From NCBI GenBank assembly GCA_937975855.1, contig CALJTT010000010.1, positions 1 through 55,024 of the forward strand: a stretch of 55,024 nucleotides of DNA, read 5' to 3'. Source of the stretch: Minisyncoccota bacterium. GTDB taxonomy: Bacteria > Patescibacteriota > Minisyncoccia > Phycocordibacterales > UBA918. Positions 45,172 through 53,730 of this stretch are shown here, piece after piece; positions within the stretch are counted from its first letter, which is position 1, and every line of letters starts with the position of its first letter. The notes beneath the pieces are model-generated. The model did not search any database, was not told where the DNA came from, and worked only from the letters and a program-made list of their open reading frames with translations. Made by a program: the position numbers and the translations under genes.

Positions 45172-45241
45172 GAAGCGTTTAAGCCTTAATAAAGGTAGTG
45201 TAGCACAACAAAAAAAGAAGATACCAGACCATAAAAAAGAC

Positions 45242-45270
45242 TTGCAGTTAAAGGCAAATGTCCTTATAGT
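45242..45270 (+). promoter_or_regulatory. Promoter TTGCAG-17-TATAGT upstream of the 45314 ORF
   Basis: -35 at 45242-45247 and -10 at 45265-45270. An AAGAGGA Shine-Dalgarno precedes the ATG. Confidence 0.5.
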
Positions 45271-45313
45271 GCGTAAATGACTCTAAGAGCCTTTTAGGTA
45301 AGAGGACAAACTT

Positions 45314-46069
45314 ATGGACAAAAAAGACACCAAAATTAATATAAAAAGACTCAGCAACAATTTAGGCTTTTATAACAATGTCTTTAAAAAGTCTGAGAAG
45401 ATAGCGTCAGTAGTTTTATACTTACTTTCATTTAAGGACACAGACAGTGCCGAGAGTCTTTTAGAGAAAAGGCTAGAAGAAAAGTCTTTTAAGTTACACG
45501 AAGTGTCTCTAAAATCTCTTAATCAAGTACAAGGTTCAACAGAGACACTCCTTGAGGTAAGACAGTGTCTTTTAGAGCTGATGAGTACTTTGGAGCTCGC
45601 GTCAGCGTCGCGAGTAATTCCTGGCGACTTAGTGCAGACATTAGTTGAGCATATTGATGTCGTGCATCGACATCTGAATAATCATTACCTTAATGATGAA
45701 GGTATCTCGACTACCAGTTTGCATTCGGTCACCCACGAAACAATCGCCAGCGAATCGGCTGACTCGGCAGTAAAGAGTGCCGCGCCCGCGGCCGCTCCGA
45801 AGGTCCGCAGGCAGCAGCGCGTTAGTGTTCCGGCTGGGGACATTAGTACAGACGCATACCTTGTCTATAGTCAGCTAACGGACAGGGCTGAGCGGATAAA
45901 GACAGTCCTTGAAGCCAAGCCAGAGGCGACAATAAAAGACGTGGCTGAAATTGTAACGGACGTCAGTGAAAAGACAATTCAACGCGAGTTGAATAGTCTT
46001 ATAGAAAAAGGACAAGTAAAAAGAACAGGAGAAAGACGTTGGTCTAGATACTCCGCAGTAAAGGACTAA
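45314..46069 (+). CDS. Hypothetical protein with a C-terminal winged-helix-like segment
   Basis: 251 aa. EKTIQRELNSLIEKGQVKRTGERRWSRY resembles a wHTH recognition helix plus wing. Confidence 0.55.
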   Translation: MDKKDTKINIKRLSNNLGFYNNVFKKSEKIASVVLYLLSFKDTDSAESLLEKRLEEKSFKLHEVSLKSLNQVQGSTETLLEVRQCLLELMSTLELASASRVIPGDLVQTLVEHIDVVHRHLNNHYLNDEGISTTSLHSVTHETIASESADSAVKSAAPAAAPKVRRQQRVSVPAGDISTDAYLVYSQLTDRAERIKTVLEAKPEATIKDVAEIVTDVSEKTIQRELNSLIEKGQVKRTGERRWSRYSAVKD

Positions 46070-46690
46070 TGGTTATTCTATAAGTCAGTAAACTCTGGAG
46101 TCCTTTAGTCATTACCTCCCGAATTATTGTTTTCTAATCTGCCCCAAGATTAAAAGTGGATGGAGGGATAGAGCGAGGTCGATGTCACAGTTTGACATTT
46201 CTTGATCTCGTTTTGCTATAGTACTTTTGGTAAACTTCTATCCACGGCCTCGTCTTCATTGATAGGCCCAAATAATCCGTAAAATCAGCCAGTTTAGCTC
46301 TAGACATATAACGGTGTATCCACATTGTAGTCACTAGTTTTAGACTAATTTACTGGTATAGTTATGGGGTATGCGCTGTGGCGCTTTTTTCGAATAGAGA
46401 AAAGGTAAGTCCGAGCGCTTTGTTTTTTGAAAATGTGACTTCTTGTAAAAGTCGTCCTATATATCAAACTTACCCTACCGAATCCCTGATCATCCCGTCC
46501 CGGAAGCTATGACTGAAATTCAGTTTGGAGTTACAGCTAGGCTGCTTACCTTTTGGTATTCAGTTTGGTGATATGAGCAATCGAGTTGATACTTCGATTG
46601 TGAATATGAATTAATTCATATTATTAGATATCAGCTACACATTCGTGTGTAGCACCCATCACTAACGATGGTTTACAGATTAAAAAAATT

Positions 46691-48724
46691 ATGACAATCG
46701 CAAAAGATTTTGCAGCTAAGTTCGCAGTAGCGTTCGTAGCAGTAGCAATGATCTTCACAATGTTTGCTGCTCCGGCACAAGCAGACGAAGCTGAAGATCT
46801 ACAAGCATTGATTGACAGCCTAATGGCTCAAATCGCTGCACTTGAAAGTGGTTCAGGAAGCACAGACTCATCAGTGGGTTCTTCTATGAGCTCATCATCA
46901 GTATGTCCATACACATGGACTCGAAACCTAAAAATGGGTTCTGAAGGTGCTGACGTAATGAAGCTACAACAGTTTCTAAACGACAACGCTGATACTCGAG
47001 TAGCAGTATCAGGTGCTGGTTCTGCAGGAGCAGAGACCATGTACTATGGCCCAGCTACAGCTGCCGCTGTTAGCAAGTTCCAAGTGATGTACCGTGCTGA
47101 GGTACTTTCACCAACAGGACTAGTTAACCCAACAGCTTACTTTGGTCCATCTTCACGAGCAAAAGCAAACATGCTTTGTACTTCTGCTCCAGTAGTAGAT
47201 AACGGAAGTGGAGAAGAAGTGGAAGAAGGTGAAGAAACAGAAGAAGAAACTTCAAACAATGGTTCAGTGACACTTCAAGGTGAAGGTACACTTGAAACAT
47301 TCGAAATCGACGATGCAGAAGATGAAGTACAAGAAGCTGCTGAAGACGAAGTAGTGATGGAAATCACTGCTGAAGCTGAAGACGGCGACATCGAAGTTGC
47401 ACGAATGACTATGGAGCTCGTTGCTAACGTAGGAAACGAAGAAGTGCAGCCATGGGATGTGTTCGAAGAAGTATCAATCTGGGTGGACGGAGACAAAGTT
47501 GCTTCTTTCGAAGCTGACGACGAAGACAACTACCTAGATGAAGACGAAGGAACATTCCGAATGTCTAACCTAGGTCTTATCCTAGAAGAAGACGAAGAAG
47601 TTGACATCTACGTTGCTGTTTCAGTAATGAACTCAGTAGACGGTGCAGACATGAACGCTGCAGAGTGGACTATCGACGTTCTTTCAGCTCGAACATTCGA
47701 CGCTGACGGAGTTGCTGACACTGATTCATTCGACGAAATGGATGGTGCTGGTATCACATTCGACATCGTTGTAGAAGGTGTTGATGACGAAGCAGAAATT
47801 TCTTCAAACAGCAGTACTCCTGATTCAGCTACTCTTAAGGTAGAAGACAACACGTCAGAATCAGACGAATACGTAGTGCACCTATTCGACATCGAAGTTG
47901 ATGAAGATTCATCTGACCTCGTACTTGATGATGCATTCGTATGGGTATCTGTAACAAACCCAGTTGGTAACCTGGCAACATTCGCAGCTGAAGATGTGGT
48001 TGCTGATGTATACCTAACTATCGACGGCAAAACTGAATCTGGTGATGCTGTAACTGGTAACGAAGGTGCTGCAATCGCAGATGGTGCTACAGAACGTGTA
48101 GGATACCGATTCGAATTCGACGGTCTTGACCTAGATGCAGACACAGACTACACAGCTGAAGTATCTATCATGTTTGAAGGTGCTGACGTTGTAGCTGGTG
48201 CTGGTACAGAGTACGATCTTGGTACTGGTATCATGACTGATGTAGACGCACAGGAAGCTGGTGCTAAGTGGCAAGTGGAAGGTCTTGACAATGACTTCGT
48301 ACTCGAAGGAGACGATGATTCAGAGACTCACACACTAAACACAGTAGTTCCAGTTATCTCAGGTGTTTCTGTTTCAGAATCAACTAACGACGACCAGACA
48401 AACGGTACAGTATCATTCCGATTCTCAGTAGAAGCTGACGGAGAAAATGATATTGACAACTTCACTGTTGCTAACATCGTAGACGCAATTGCTGGTGGAA
48501 CTCTTGCACCAACTCCTGTACTTGTAAAGACAAGTGGAGATGCAGTTACGAACGCTGCTGGTGACTTCACTATCGAAGATGGTGACGAAGCAAGCTTCGC
48601 TCTTACATACACATTCACTGGAACTGCTCCAGCTGACAATGGTTCATACTTTGTAACCCTTGAAAGTGTACTAGGTGTAGAAGTTGACGAAACTTCAGAC
48701 GCGCTTGATATCACAGGCAACTAA
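46691..48724 (+). CDS. Very acidic secreted surface protein with an N-terminal peptidoglycan-binding domain (S-layer/cell-envelope candidate)
   Basis: 677 aa. Signal peptide (AVAFVAVAMIFTMFAAPAQA), a PG_binding_1-like segment (GSEGADVMKLQQFLN ... YYGPATAAAVSKFQ), then ~500 aa rich in D/E/T/V/G. Codon choice is strongly biased. Confidence 0.75.
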   Translation: MTIAKDFAAKFAVAFVAVAMIFTMFAAPAQADEAEDLQALIDSLMAQIAALESGSGSTDSSVGSSMSSSSVCPYTWTRNLKMGSEGADVMKLQQFLNDNADTRVAVSGAGSAGAETMYYGPATAAAVSKFQVMYRAEVLSPTGLVNPTAYFGPSSRAKANMLCTSAPVVDNGSGEEVEEGEETEEETSNNGSVTLQGEGTLETFEIDDAEDEVQEAAEDEVVMEITAEAEDGDIEVARMTMELVANVGNEEVQPWDVFEEVSIWVDGDKVASFEADDEDNYLDEDEGTFRMSNLGLILEEDEEVDIYVAVSVMNSVDGADMNAAEWTIDVLSARTFDADGVADTDSFDEMDGAGITFDIVVEGVDDEAEISSNSSTPDSATLKVEDNTSESDEYVVHLFDIEVDEDSSDLVLDDAFVWVSVTNPVGNLATFAAEDVVADVYLTIDGKTESGDAVTGNEGAAIADGATERVGYRFEFDGLDLDADTDYTAEVSIMFEGADVVAGAGTEYDLGTGIMTDVDAQEAGAKWQVEGLDNDFVLEGDDDSETHTLNTVVPVISGVSVSESTNDDQTNGTVSFRFSVEADGENDIDNFTVANIVDAIAGGTLAPTPVLVKTSGDAVTNAAGDFTIEDGDEASFALTYTFTGTAPADNGSYFVTLESVLGVEVDETSDALDITGN

Positions 48725-48772
48725 ATTTAGTCTTTGACTAAATTCTAGTTTGGCGTAAGCCAAAGCTGAATC

Positions 48773-48799
48773 AAAAAAGCCCCCGAGGGGGCTTTTTTG
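48773..48799 (+). terminator. Rho-independent terminator
   Basis: AAAAAAGCCCC-cgag-GGGGCTTTTTT. Confidence 0.75.
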
Positions 48800-48828
48800 T
48801 GTCTGCATATAATTTGGTACACTAGGGT

Positions 48829-49332
48829 ATGTTTAAAATATTTACGACCATTAGCTGCTTCTTTATTTTTAGCCTACTATTGTTTACTCCCGACGCAGTA
48901 CAGGCTTACGAAGTGAGTGACGCGACTAGTTACCGAGTTACTGACACGTCAGTTCTGTATGTCCTGACATATTCACACACTATTGCCAACTACGAGTCTT
49001 TCTACCCAATGTTCCCGGTCGAGAGTCAGGCTATGGTCGAGTCTGGGAAGGTAGGAATGACATACCAGTTTGCTGGTTTGGACTCAAGTGAATACGACTC
49101 GGTCGCTGTCGTGATCAGTAAGGCTTCGATAGTAGATAAGCGCTACATTGTTCCTGCTAGCACTAAAAAAGATTTTACTTTGGCTGTAGTACTACGTGGT
49201 GACAATCTCCCGGCCGTCACGCCAGAGTTGCGCGTGTCTGACCTGCAAGTCCTGATACAAAAAGCTAATGAAACTGAACAGGGGATATTAGAACCAGTAG
49301 CGCATCAACTAGACGGATTGCGAGTAAACTAG
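48829..49332 (+). CDS. Hypothetical secreted protein
   Basis: 167 aa. Signal peptide (TTISCFFIFSLLLFTPDAVQA). No recognised motif. Confidence 0.55.
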   Translation: MFKIFTTISCFFIFSLLLFTPDAVQAYEVSDATSYRVTDTSVLYVLTYSHTIANYESFYPMFPVESQAMVESGKVGMTYQFAGLDSSEYDSVAVVISKASIVDKRYIVPASTKKDFTLAVVLRGDNLPAVTPELRVSDLQVLIQKANETEQGILEPVAHQLDGLRVN

Positions 49333-49450
49333 CACTTATGTTCAACAAAACCTTTTTCAAATTTTTATTTAGTTTCGTGTTAGTTATTGCTACTGTGCTG
49401 ATGATAATTCTAGCGCTTGGAATCGTGAGTGGGGTACAATAGTCACAAGT

Positions 49451-49936
49451 ATGATCAGAATCTCAGAACAGTATTTTTGGAGTCTCGTTTTCTCAGTCTT
49501 CTTTGTTGTGCTTGTGATAATGGGCGATATTATTCTAGAAACGGAAGCCTATTTAAAATGGTACGACCTCACAACCTTTGACTATCTGGTCGTTACTCTG
49601 GCCACTTGGAGACTGACTCGTCTGTTTGTGCAGGATTCAATCACACGCTTTATCCGCGAGCAGTTCATGGACGTGGTTAAATCAGGGCGTGGCTACAGAC
49701 TGGAGAAGCCCAAGTCTGGCGTACGGCGTATTCTCGCCGAGTCGTTCTCTTGTCCTTGGTGCACCAGTATATGGGTAGCAATGGTAGTACTTTTCTTGTA
49801 TGTACTTACTCCGTACGCTGTTTATCCGTTTGCTTTGCTGGCCTTATCAGCTGCCGCCTCATTTATGTACAATGTTTCTAGCTTGATTGGGAACAACGCA
49901 GAGCGCGCTAAAAAGCAAAACGATCTCTTGTCTTAG
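49451..49936 (+). CDS. DUF1360-like integral membrane protein
   Basis: 161 aa with 3-4 TM helices. The FSCPWCTSIWVA motif (CxWCxSxW) is typical of DUF1360. Confidence 0.62.
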   Translation: MIRISEQYFWSLVFSVFFVVLVIMGDIILETEAYLKWYDLTTFDYLVVTLATWRLTRLFVQDSITRFIREQFMDVVKSGRGYRLEKPKSGVRRILAESFSCPWCTSIWVAMVVLFLYVLTPYAVYPFALLALSAAASFMYNVSSLIGNNAERAKKQNDLLS

Positions 49937-50137
49937 TTGGTCTGTCAATTCAGTTTACAAATTGACATAATTTGATACAGTAGACCACGTCAGACTCATG
50001 ACAGTTGGTAGTGTTGCGCAAAGGTAACACAATAAAGAACGGATTCGTTCGCCAGCCGAGGTCCAATTTCTATATGATGTTGGCCGGTCGAACTCACATA
50101 ATGTGAGTCTGCATATTATCCATTCAAAAAAACTAGA

Positions 50138-50623
50138 ATGGCAATTACAAAAGAAAAAAAGCAAGACATTCTTGCAAAGCTTGAAGGTATCAAAAAAGAC
50201 GCAGCGGCGATCGTTTTTGTTCGTTTCAATGAAATGACCGGACACGACATGACAGCTATGCGTCAAACTATGCGTGAAGAAGGTGTTGGCTACTTTGTAG
50301 CAAAGAAAACACTAATGAAGCGCACATTTGATGGTGTCTACGAGGGCGACATGCCAGAACTAGAAGGGGAGATTGCGATTGCATACGCAACTGACGCTAT
50401 TGCGCCAGCGCAGCAGATCAAAGCATTTGCAGGGACTCATAAAGATAAGATCATCATTGCTGGTGGTGTCTTCCAGGGGGTGTTCAAAGATGCGGCTGAG
50501 ATGACAGAAATCGCTTCAATCCCAGCTCTTCCAGTACTACGTGGAATGTTTGTGAACGTTATTAATAGTCCAATCCAAGGACTTGTCCTAGGATTGAATG
50601 CTATCGCGCAAAAGCGAAGCTAA
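50138..50623 (+). CDS. rplJ: 50S ribosomal protein L10
   Basis: 161 aa. The L10 pattern (KQDILAKLEG ... GYFVAKKTLMKR) is followed immediately by rplL. It is preceded by a ~200-nt ORF-free leader. Confidence 0.92.
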   Translation: MAITKEKKQDILAKLEGIKKDAAAIVFVRFNEMTGHDMTAMRQTMREEGVGYFVAKKTLMKRTFDGVYEGDMPELEGEIAIAYATDAIAPAQQIKAFAGTHKDKIIIAGGVFQGVFKDAAEMTEIASIPALPVLRGMFVNVINSPIQGLVLGLNAIAQKRS

Positions 50624-50635
50624 TTCAAATAAAAC

Positions 50636-51163
50636 ATGTCAGACGAACAAGAAACTAAAGCAGCAGAGGCGGAAGCAGTAGTTGAAGAAGCTACCGAAGA
50701 AGCTACCGAAGAAGCAGCTCCTGCAGTTGAAGAAACAAAAGAAGAGGCTCCAGCTGAAGCAGCGTCAGAATCTGATGTTGATGAGTCAGTTGAAGTGCCA
50801 GCTGAATTTGCTGCACTAGTAGAGCAGGTTGAAAAAATGACGGTTCTAGAACTACACGAACTCGTGAAAGTACTAGAAAAGCGATTCGGTGTATCAGCAT
50901 CTGCAGTAGCAGTCGCTGGTCCTGTAGCTGGCGGTGACGCTGGTGAAGAGCAGTCAGAGTTCACTGTAGAGCTTACAGAAGCTGGTGGACAGAAGATCGC
51001 TGTTATCAAGGCTGTGAAGGGAATTCTAGGTCTTGGACTAAAGGAAGCAAAAGAAATGGTAGATGGAGCTCCAGCAGAGGTAAAAGCTGGTCTTAAGAAA
51101 GAAGAAGCAGAAGAGATGAAAGCTACGCTTGAAGAAGCTGGAGCAACAGTTACTCTCAAGTAA
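50636..51163 (+). CDS. rplL: 50S ribosomal protein L7/L12 with an N-terminal acidic extension
   Basis: The C-terminal 120 aa are collinear with E. coli L7/L12 ([19 protein letters not shown] ... [25 protein letters not shown] ... [11 protein letters not shown]). The first ~55 aa are E/A/T-rich and additional. Confidence 0.9.
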   Translation: MSDEQETKAAEAEAVVEEATEEATEEAAPAVEETKEEAPAEAASESDVDESVEVPAEFAALVEQVEKMTVLELHELVKVLEKRFGVSASAVAVAGPVAGGDAGEEQSEFTVELTEAGGQKIAVIKAVKGILGLGLKEAKEMVDGAPAEVKAGLKKEEAEEMKATLEEAGATVTLK

Positions 51164-51256
51164 GTGAGAGTTGTGGGCAAGTTTACTTGTCCATGACCGA
51201 GCGAACGTAGAGTGCAAGCTATGCTTACCCTTAAATAAGGTTATCTACTGAACAAA

Positions 51257-51283
51257 AGGCGGCCGCTTTGCGGTCGTCTTTTG
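51257..51283 (+). terminator. Terminator after rplL
   Basis: GGCGGCCGC-ttt-GCGGTCGTC (two G-U pairs) followed by TTTT. Confidence 0.6.
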
Positions 51284-51296
51284 TTATACTAGAGCC

Positions 51297-51533
51297 ATGA
51301 GATTTCTAATTGCAGTATTATTTTTTGGCTTCTTCTTTGGTGTGCTCGACGTCATGTTTGCGGACATAGACAGAAGTAGCGATGGAGGTTGTCGGCAACT
51401 GCGGGACACGGATACGCTCTCAAACAAAGAATTTGCTTGTGTGTTTGAGGATTGTAAGTGCGGCGAATGGTATGAATACACCCTCACGCACCAGTTGATC
51501 ACGTCACAGTCAAAAGAAACTGTCGAGCGATAG
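51297..51533 (+). CDS. Small secreted Cys-containing hypothetical protein
   Basis: 78 aa. Signal-like MRFLIAVLFFGFFFGVL and four Cys. A TGtTATACT box lies 6 nt upstream of the ATG. Confidence 0.45.
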   Translation: MRFLIAVLFFGFFFGVLDVMFADIDRSSDGGCRQLRDTDTLSNKEFACVFEDCKCGEWYEYTLTHQLITSQSKETVER

Positions 51534-51571
51534 CACCAATAACCTATGTTATACTCGCCATACTAAATAGC

Positions 51572-52210
51572 ATGGCAGCACAAGATCCACTAGCAATCCT
51601 CTTTGGCAGCGCAGCGCGCGTCAAGTTATTGCGTTTTTTTCTCTTCAATCCCTCCAAAGATTTTCACTTTGATGATATTTCGCGCCGGGCCAAGCTAGTT
51701 CGTCGCACTGCTAGAACTGAACTGACTCAGCTTGAGAAGGCGAGTGTTATCAAGCAAAAGACTATTTACATAGACCATCCAGATAAGGATAAAGATAAGA
51801 AGTTGAAAGCGGTTGGTTACACATTGAATAAAGACTTCCAGGAGCTACAGGCACTACAGACATTTCTATTCGAAACCGCACCAATAGACGGAAAGAACCT
51901 TATGAAGCATCTGCGGACAGCTGGAACGCTAGATTTTGTCGGCATTAGTGGAGTGTTTGTGCGAGATTTTGAACAACGACTAGACGTAATCGTAGCAATG
52001 AAAAAGTTTTCACAAAGCAAGATCGAAAAAGCCATCCGAGCTCTCGAAGCAGAGGTGGGGATTGAAATCAGGTTCGCGGCCATGTCTAGCGAAGACCTTA
52101 TGTATCGAGTCGGAATGTACGACAAACTAACCAGAGATTTTTTCGACTATAGTCACCAAGTATTAATCGACAAAACTGGCATCAAAGAAGAAGCATTGCA
52201 CGTGCGTTAA
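51572..52210 (+). CDS. Hypothetical protein with an N-terminal winged-helix-like domain
   Basis: 212 aa. ARVKLLRFFLFNPSKDFHFDDISRRAKLVRRTARTELTQLEKASVIKQK. Confidence 0.55.
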   Translation: MAAQDPLAILFGSAARVKLLRFFLFNPSKDFHFDDISRRAKLVRRTARTELTQLEKASVIKQKTIYIDHPDKDKDKKLKAVGYTLNKDFQELQALQTFLFETAPIDGKNLMKHLRTAGTLDFVGISGVFVRDFEQRLDVIVAMKKFSQSKIEKAIRALEAEVGIEIRFAAMSSEDLMYRVGMYDKLTRDFFDYSHQVLIDKTGIKEEALHVR

Positions 52211-52225
52211 ATTTATTTGGAATCT

Positions 52226-52765
52226 TTAGATACGATTATCAGGATCGTTGGCACAGCCTTCACCTGACCAATTTACGCCGCCGGGATTATATGTACCGAT
52301 ACTTTTGCCACCACTTCCAACGCAAATAACTTTGGCGTTTCCTTGAACCCTAGCCATGAAAGTATAGTGATTTTGGTAAGTGCTGTTTCCGGTATGCCAC
52401 CGCATAAAAAAATTGGAATTCCCAGTAACGTCTGTTATGGATTCACATAGTTGTCTGAATTGGGTTTGTTTAGAAGGAGTTAGTCCTCTGAGTGCGACGT
52501 TCGAACAAAGGTTGGCTGATCCTTCAGTCTGAATCCACACGCCATTAATATTATCGTTAGTGTAGTTGCGTGGGTGGCCAATCTCAAGAGCGTTTAACGC
52601 CATTAAGTTTTGTAAGGAATTCATTTCTTGAGCAACCGTACTTTCCTTGGCTGATTGCCGCGCATCGTTTAAACTGCCGAGAACCACAGCTGAAAGAATG
52701 CCAATGATTGCAATCACCACAAGAAGCTCGATGAGGGTGAAGCCGGATTGTTTTGAGAGGGTCAT
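52226..52765 (-). CDS. Type IV pilin/pseudopilin (prepilin-type N-terminal cleavage/methylation domain)
   Basis: MTLSKQSG|FTLIELLVVIAIIGILSAVVLGSL, followed by a variable Cys-containing globular domain. Confidence 0.87.
   Translation of the reverse strand: MTLSKQSGFTLIELLVVIAIIGILSAVVLGSLNDARQSAKESTVAQEMNSLQNLMALNALEIGHPRNYTNDNINGVWIQTEGSANLCSNVALRGLTPSKQTQFRQLCESITDVTGNSNFFMRWHTGNSTYQNHYTFMARVQGNAKVICVGSGGKSIGTYNPGGVNWSGEGCANDPDNRI
52704..52753. repeat. 50-nt segment identical to 53252-53301 (pilin N-terminal helix coding region)
   Basis: ATGATTGCAATCACCACAAGAAGCTCGATGAGGGTGAAGCCGGATTGTTT is present in both pilin genes. Confidence 0.9.
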
Positions 52766-52780
52766 AGTGATTTATTCAGG

Positions 52781-53326
52781 TTATGGATTTAAAGGACAAC
52801 CTGATCCAGTGTAGTTTCCAGTGCCAGGATTCAAAGGTCCAACATAGCGTCCGCCTGTGCTACCAGCACAAAAGACTTTGTTCCCACCTGTTCTAGCGAA
52901 GAAAGAGTAGTGCGGACCAAACGAACCGTTCTCTCTGTACCAGCGCAATAACATAAAGTATTGACCATTATATGAAGAGTTAGCTTGGATACCATTGCAG
53001 AGTTTTCGGAATTCAGTCTGACTGTTAGTAGTTAATCCTGCTAGGGTGATATTGTCACAGGTCGGGCTAGCTCCGTCGCTACGAATCCAGACTGAACGAT
53101 CGGCGTCTGTGTAGTGTCTGGAGTGGCCAATTTCTAATGAGTTAAGCTCCATCATTTTTGCCAACGAGTTAACCTGTTGAGCTATAGAAGCATCCTTCGC
53201 ACTCTGCCGCGCATCATTCAAACTCCCCAGCACAACCGCAGAAAGAATACCGATGATTGCAATCACCACAAGAAGCTCGATGAGGGTGAAGCCGGATTGT
53301 TTCGTCCGGGTTGAGAATTTATACAT
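52781..53326 (-). CDS. Type IV pilin/pseudopilin paralogue
   Basis: MYKFSTRTKQSG|FTLIELLVVIAIIGILSAVVLGSL. The C-terminal domain has diverged from the neighbouring paralogue. Confidence 0.87.
   Translation of the reverse strand: MYKFSTRTKQSGFTLIELLVVIAIIGILSAVVLGSLNDARQSAKDASIAQQVNSLAKMMELNSLEIGHSRHYTDADRSVWIRSDGASPTCDNITLAGLTTNSQTEFRKLCNGIQANSSYNGQYFMLLRWYRENGSFGPHYSFFARTGGNKVFCAGSTGGRYVGPLNPGTGNYTGSGCPLNP
53252..53301. repeat. Second copy of the 50-nt pilin repeat
   Basis: Identical to 52704-52753 by direct comparison. Confidence 0.9.
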
Positions 53327-53338
53327 GATGGAATGAGT

Positions 53339-53554
53339 TTAAACTTCCTCGATTAGTGCATCTTCTGCTACATTTGGCTCGGCTGAACTAGATCCTCCAA
53401 GCATGTCCATATACATAAACGCAGTTATAAGCAGAAAGACGCTAGCAATTACGATAGTAATCAGGTTGGCAGTTTTCTTAGAAGTAACGCCAGCCTTCTT
53501 CATAAGTCTTAGAAACCAGGGGTCGTTAGATGTGATTTGATCTGTTGGTGGCAT
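53339..53554 (-). CDS. Small single-pass membrane protein at the head of the pilin operon
   Basis: 71 aa. TM helix LITIVIASVFLLITAFMYM, 12 nt upstream of the pilin gene. Confidence 0.45.
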   Translation of the reverse strand: MPPTDQITSNDPWFLRLMKKAGVTSKKTANLITIVIASVFLLITAFMYMDMLGGSSSAEPNVAEDALIEEV

Positions 53555-53730
53555 GGTAATTTAAAATAAGTACAGCTCGTTTAATACTTAAAATATAACA
53601 CTCATACATAATTTTTATGGAAGAACCGATTTTGACTGGGGATAATTGCTGTGAATAGGTGTGGATAAAAGTGTGTATAAATTTCGTAATTGAGTAGTCT
53701 TTTGCTCATTAAAATACAGAAAACAGCCGC

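Noticed and set aside
46400-46555. A second pair of RNase P-like motifs: GGTAAGTCCGAGCGC and TAGGCTGCTT.
   Set aside because: The segment between them is only ~150 nt, too short for the RNase P catalytic and specificity domains. The flanking AAAAGGTAAG/CTTACCTTTT complementarity explains the resemblance. It is treated as part of a structured leader instead.
49937-50137. L10 (rplJ) leader autoregulatory RNA.
   Set aside because: The 200-nt ORF-free leader upstream of rplJ, with a possible TTTACA-16-TACAGT promoter, is in the right place. However, I could not verify by eye the conserved L10-binding kink-turn-like structure, so it is left uncalled.
50620-51180. 186-aa minus-strand ORF antisense to rplL. 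Similar long antisense ORFs occur at 47608-48144, 47275-47529 and 48328-48720 (opposite the acidic surface protein), 27112-27654, 3521-4024, 14797-15258, 38858-39280, 44477-44938, 42242-42619 and 49955-50266.
   Set aside because: These are Ser/Thr/Ala-rich or otherwise low-complexity mirror frames of well-supported genes (GAA/GAC-rich codons read backwards). They have no promoters or RBS, and each conflicts with a strongly supported CDS or leader.
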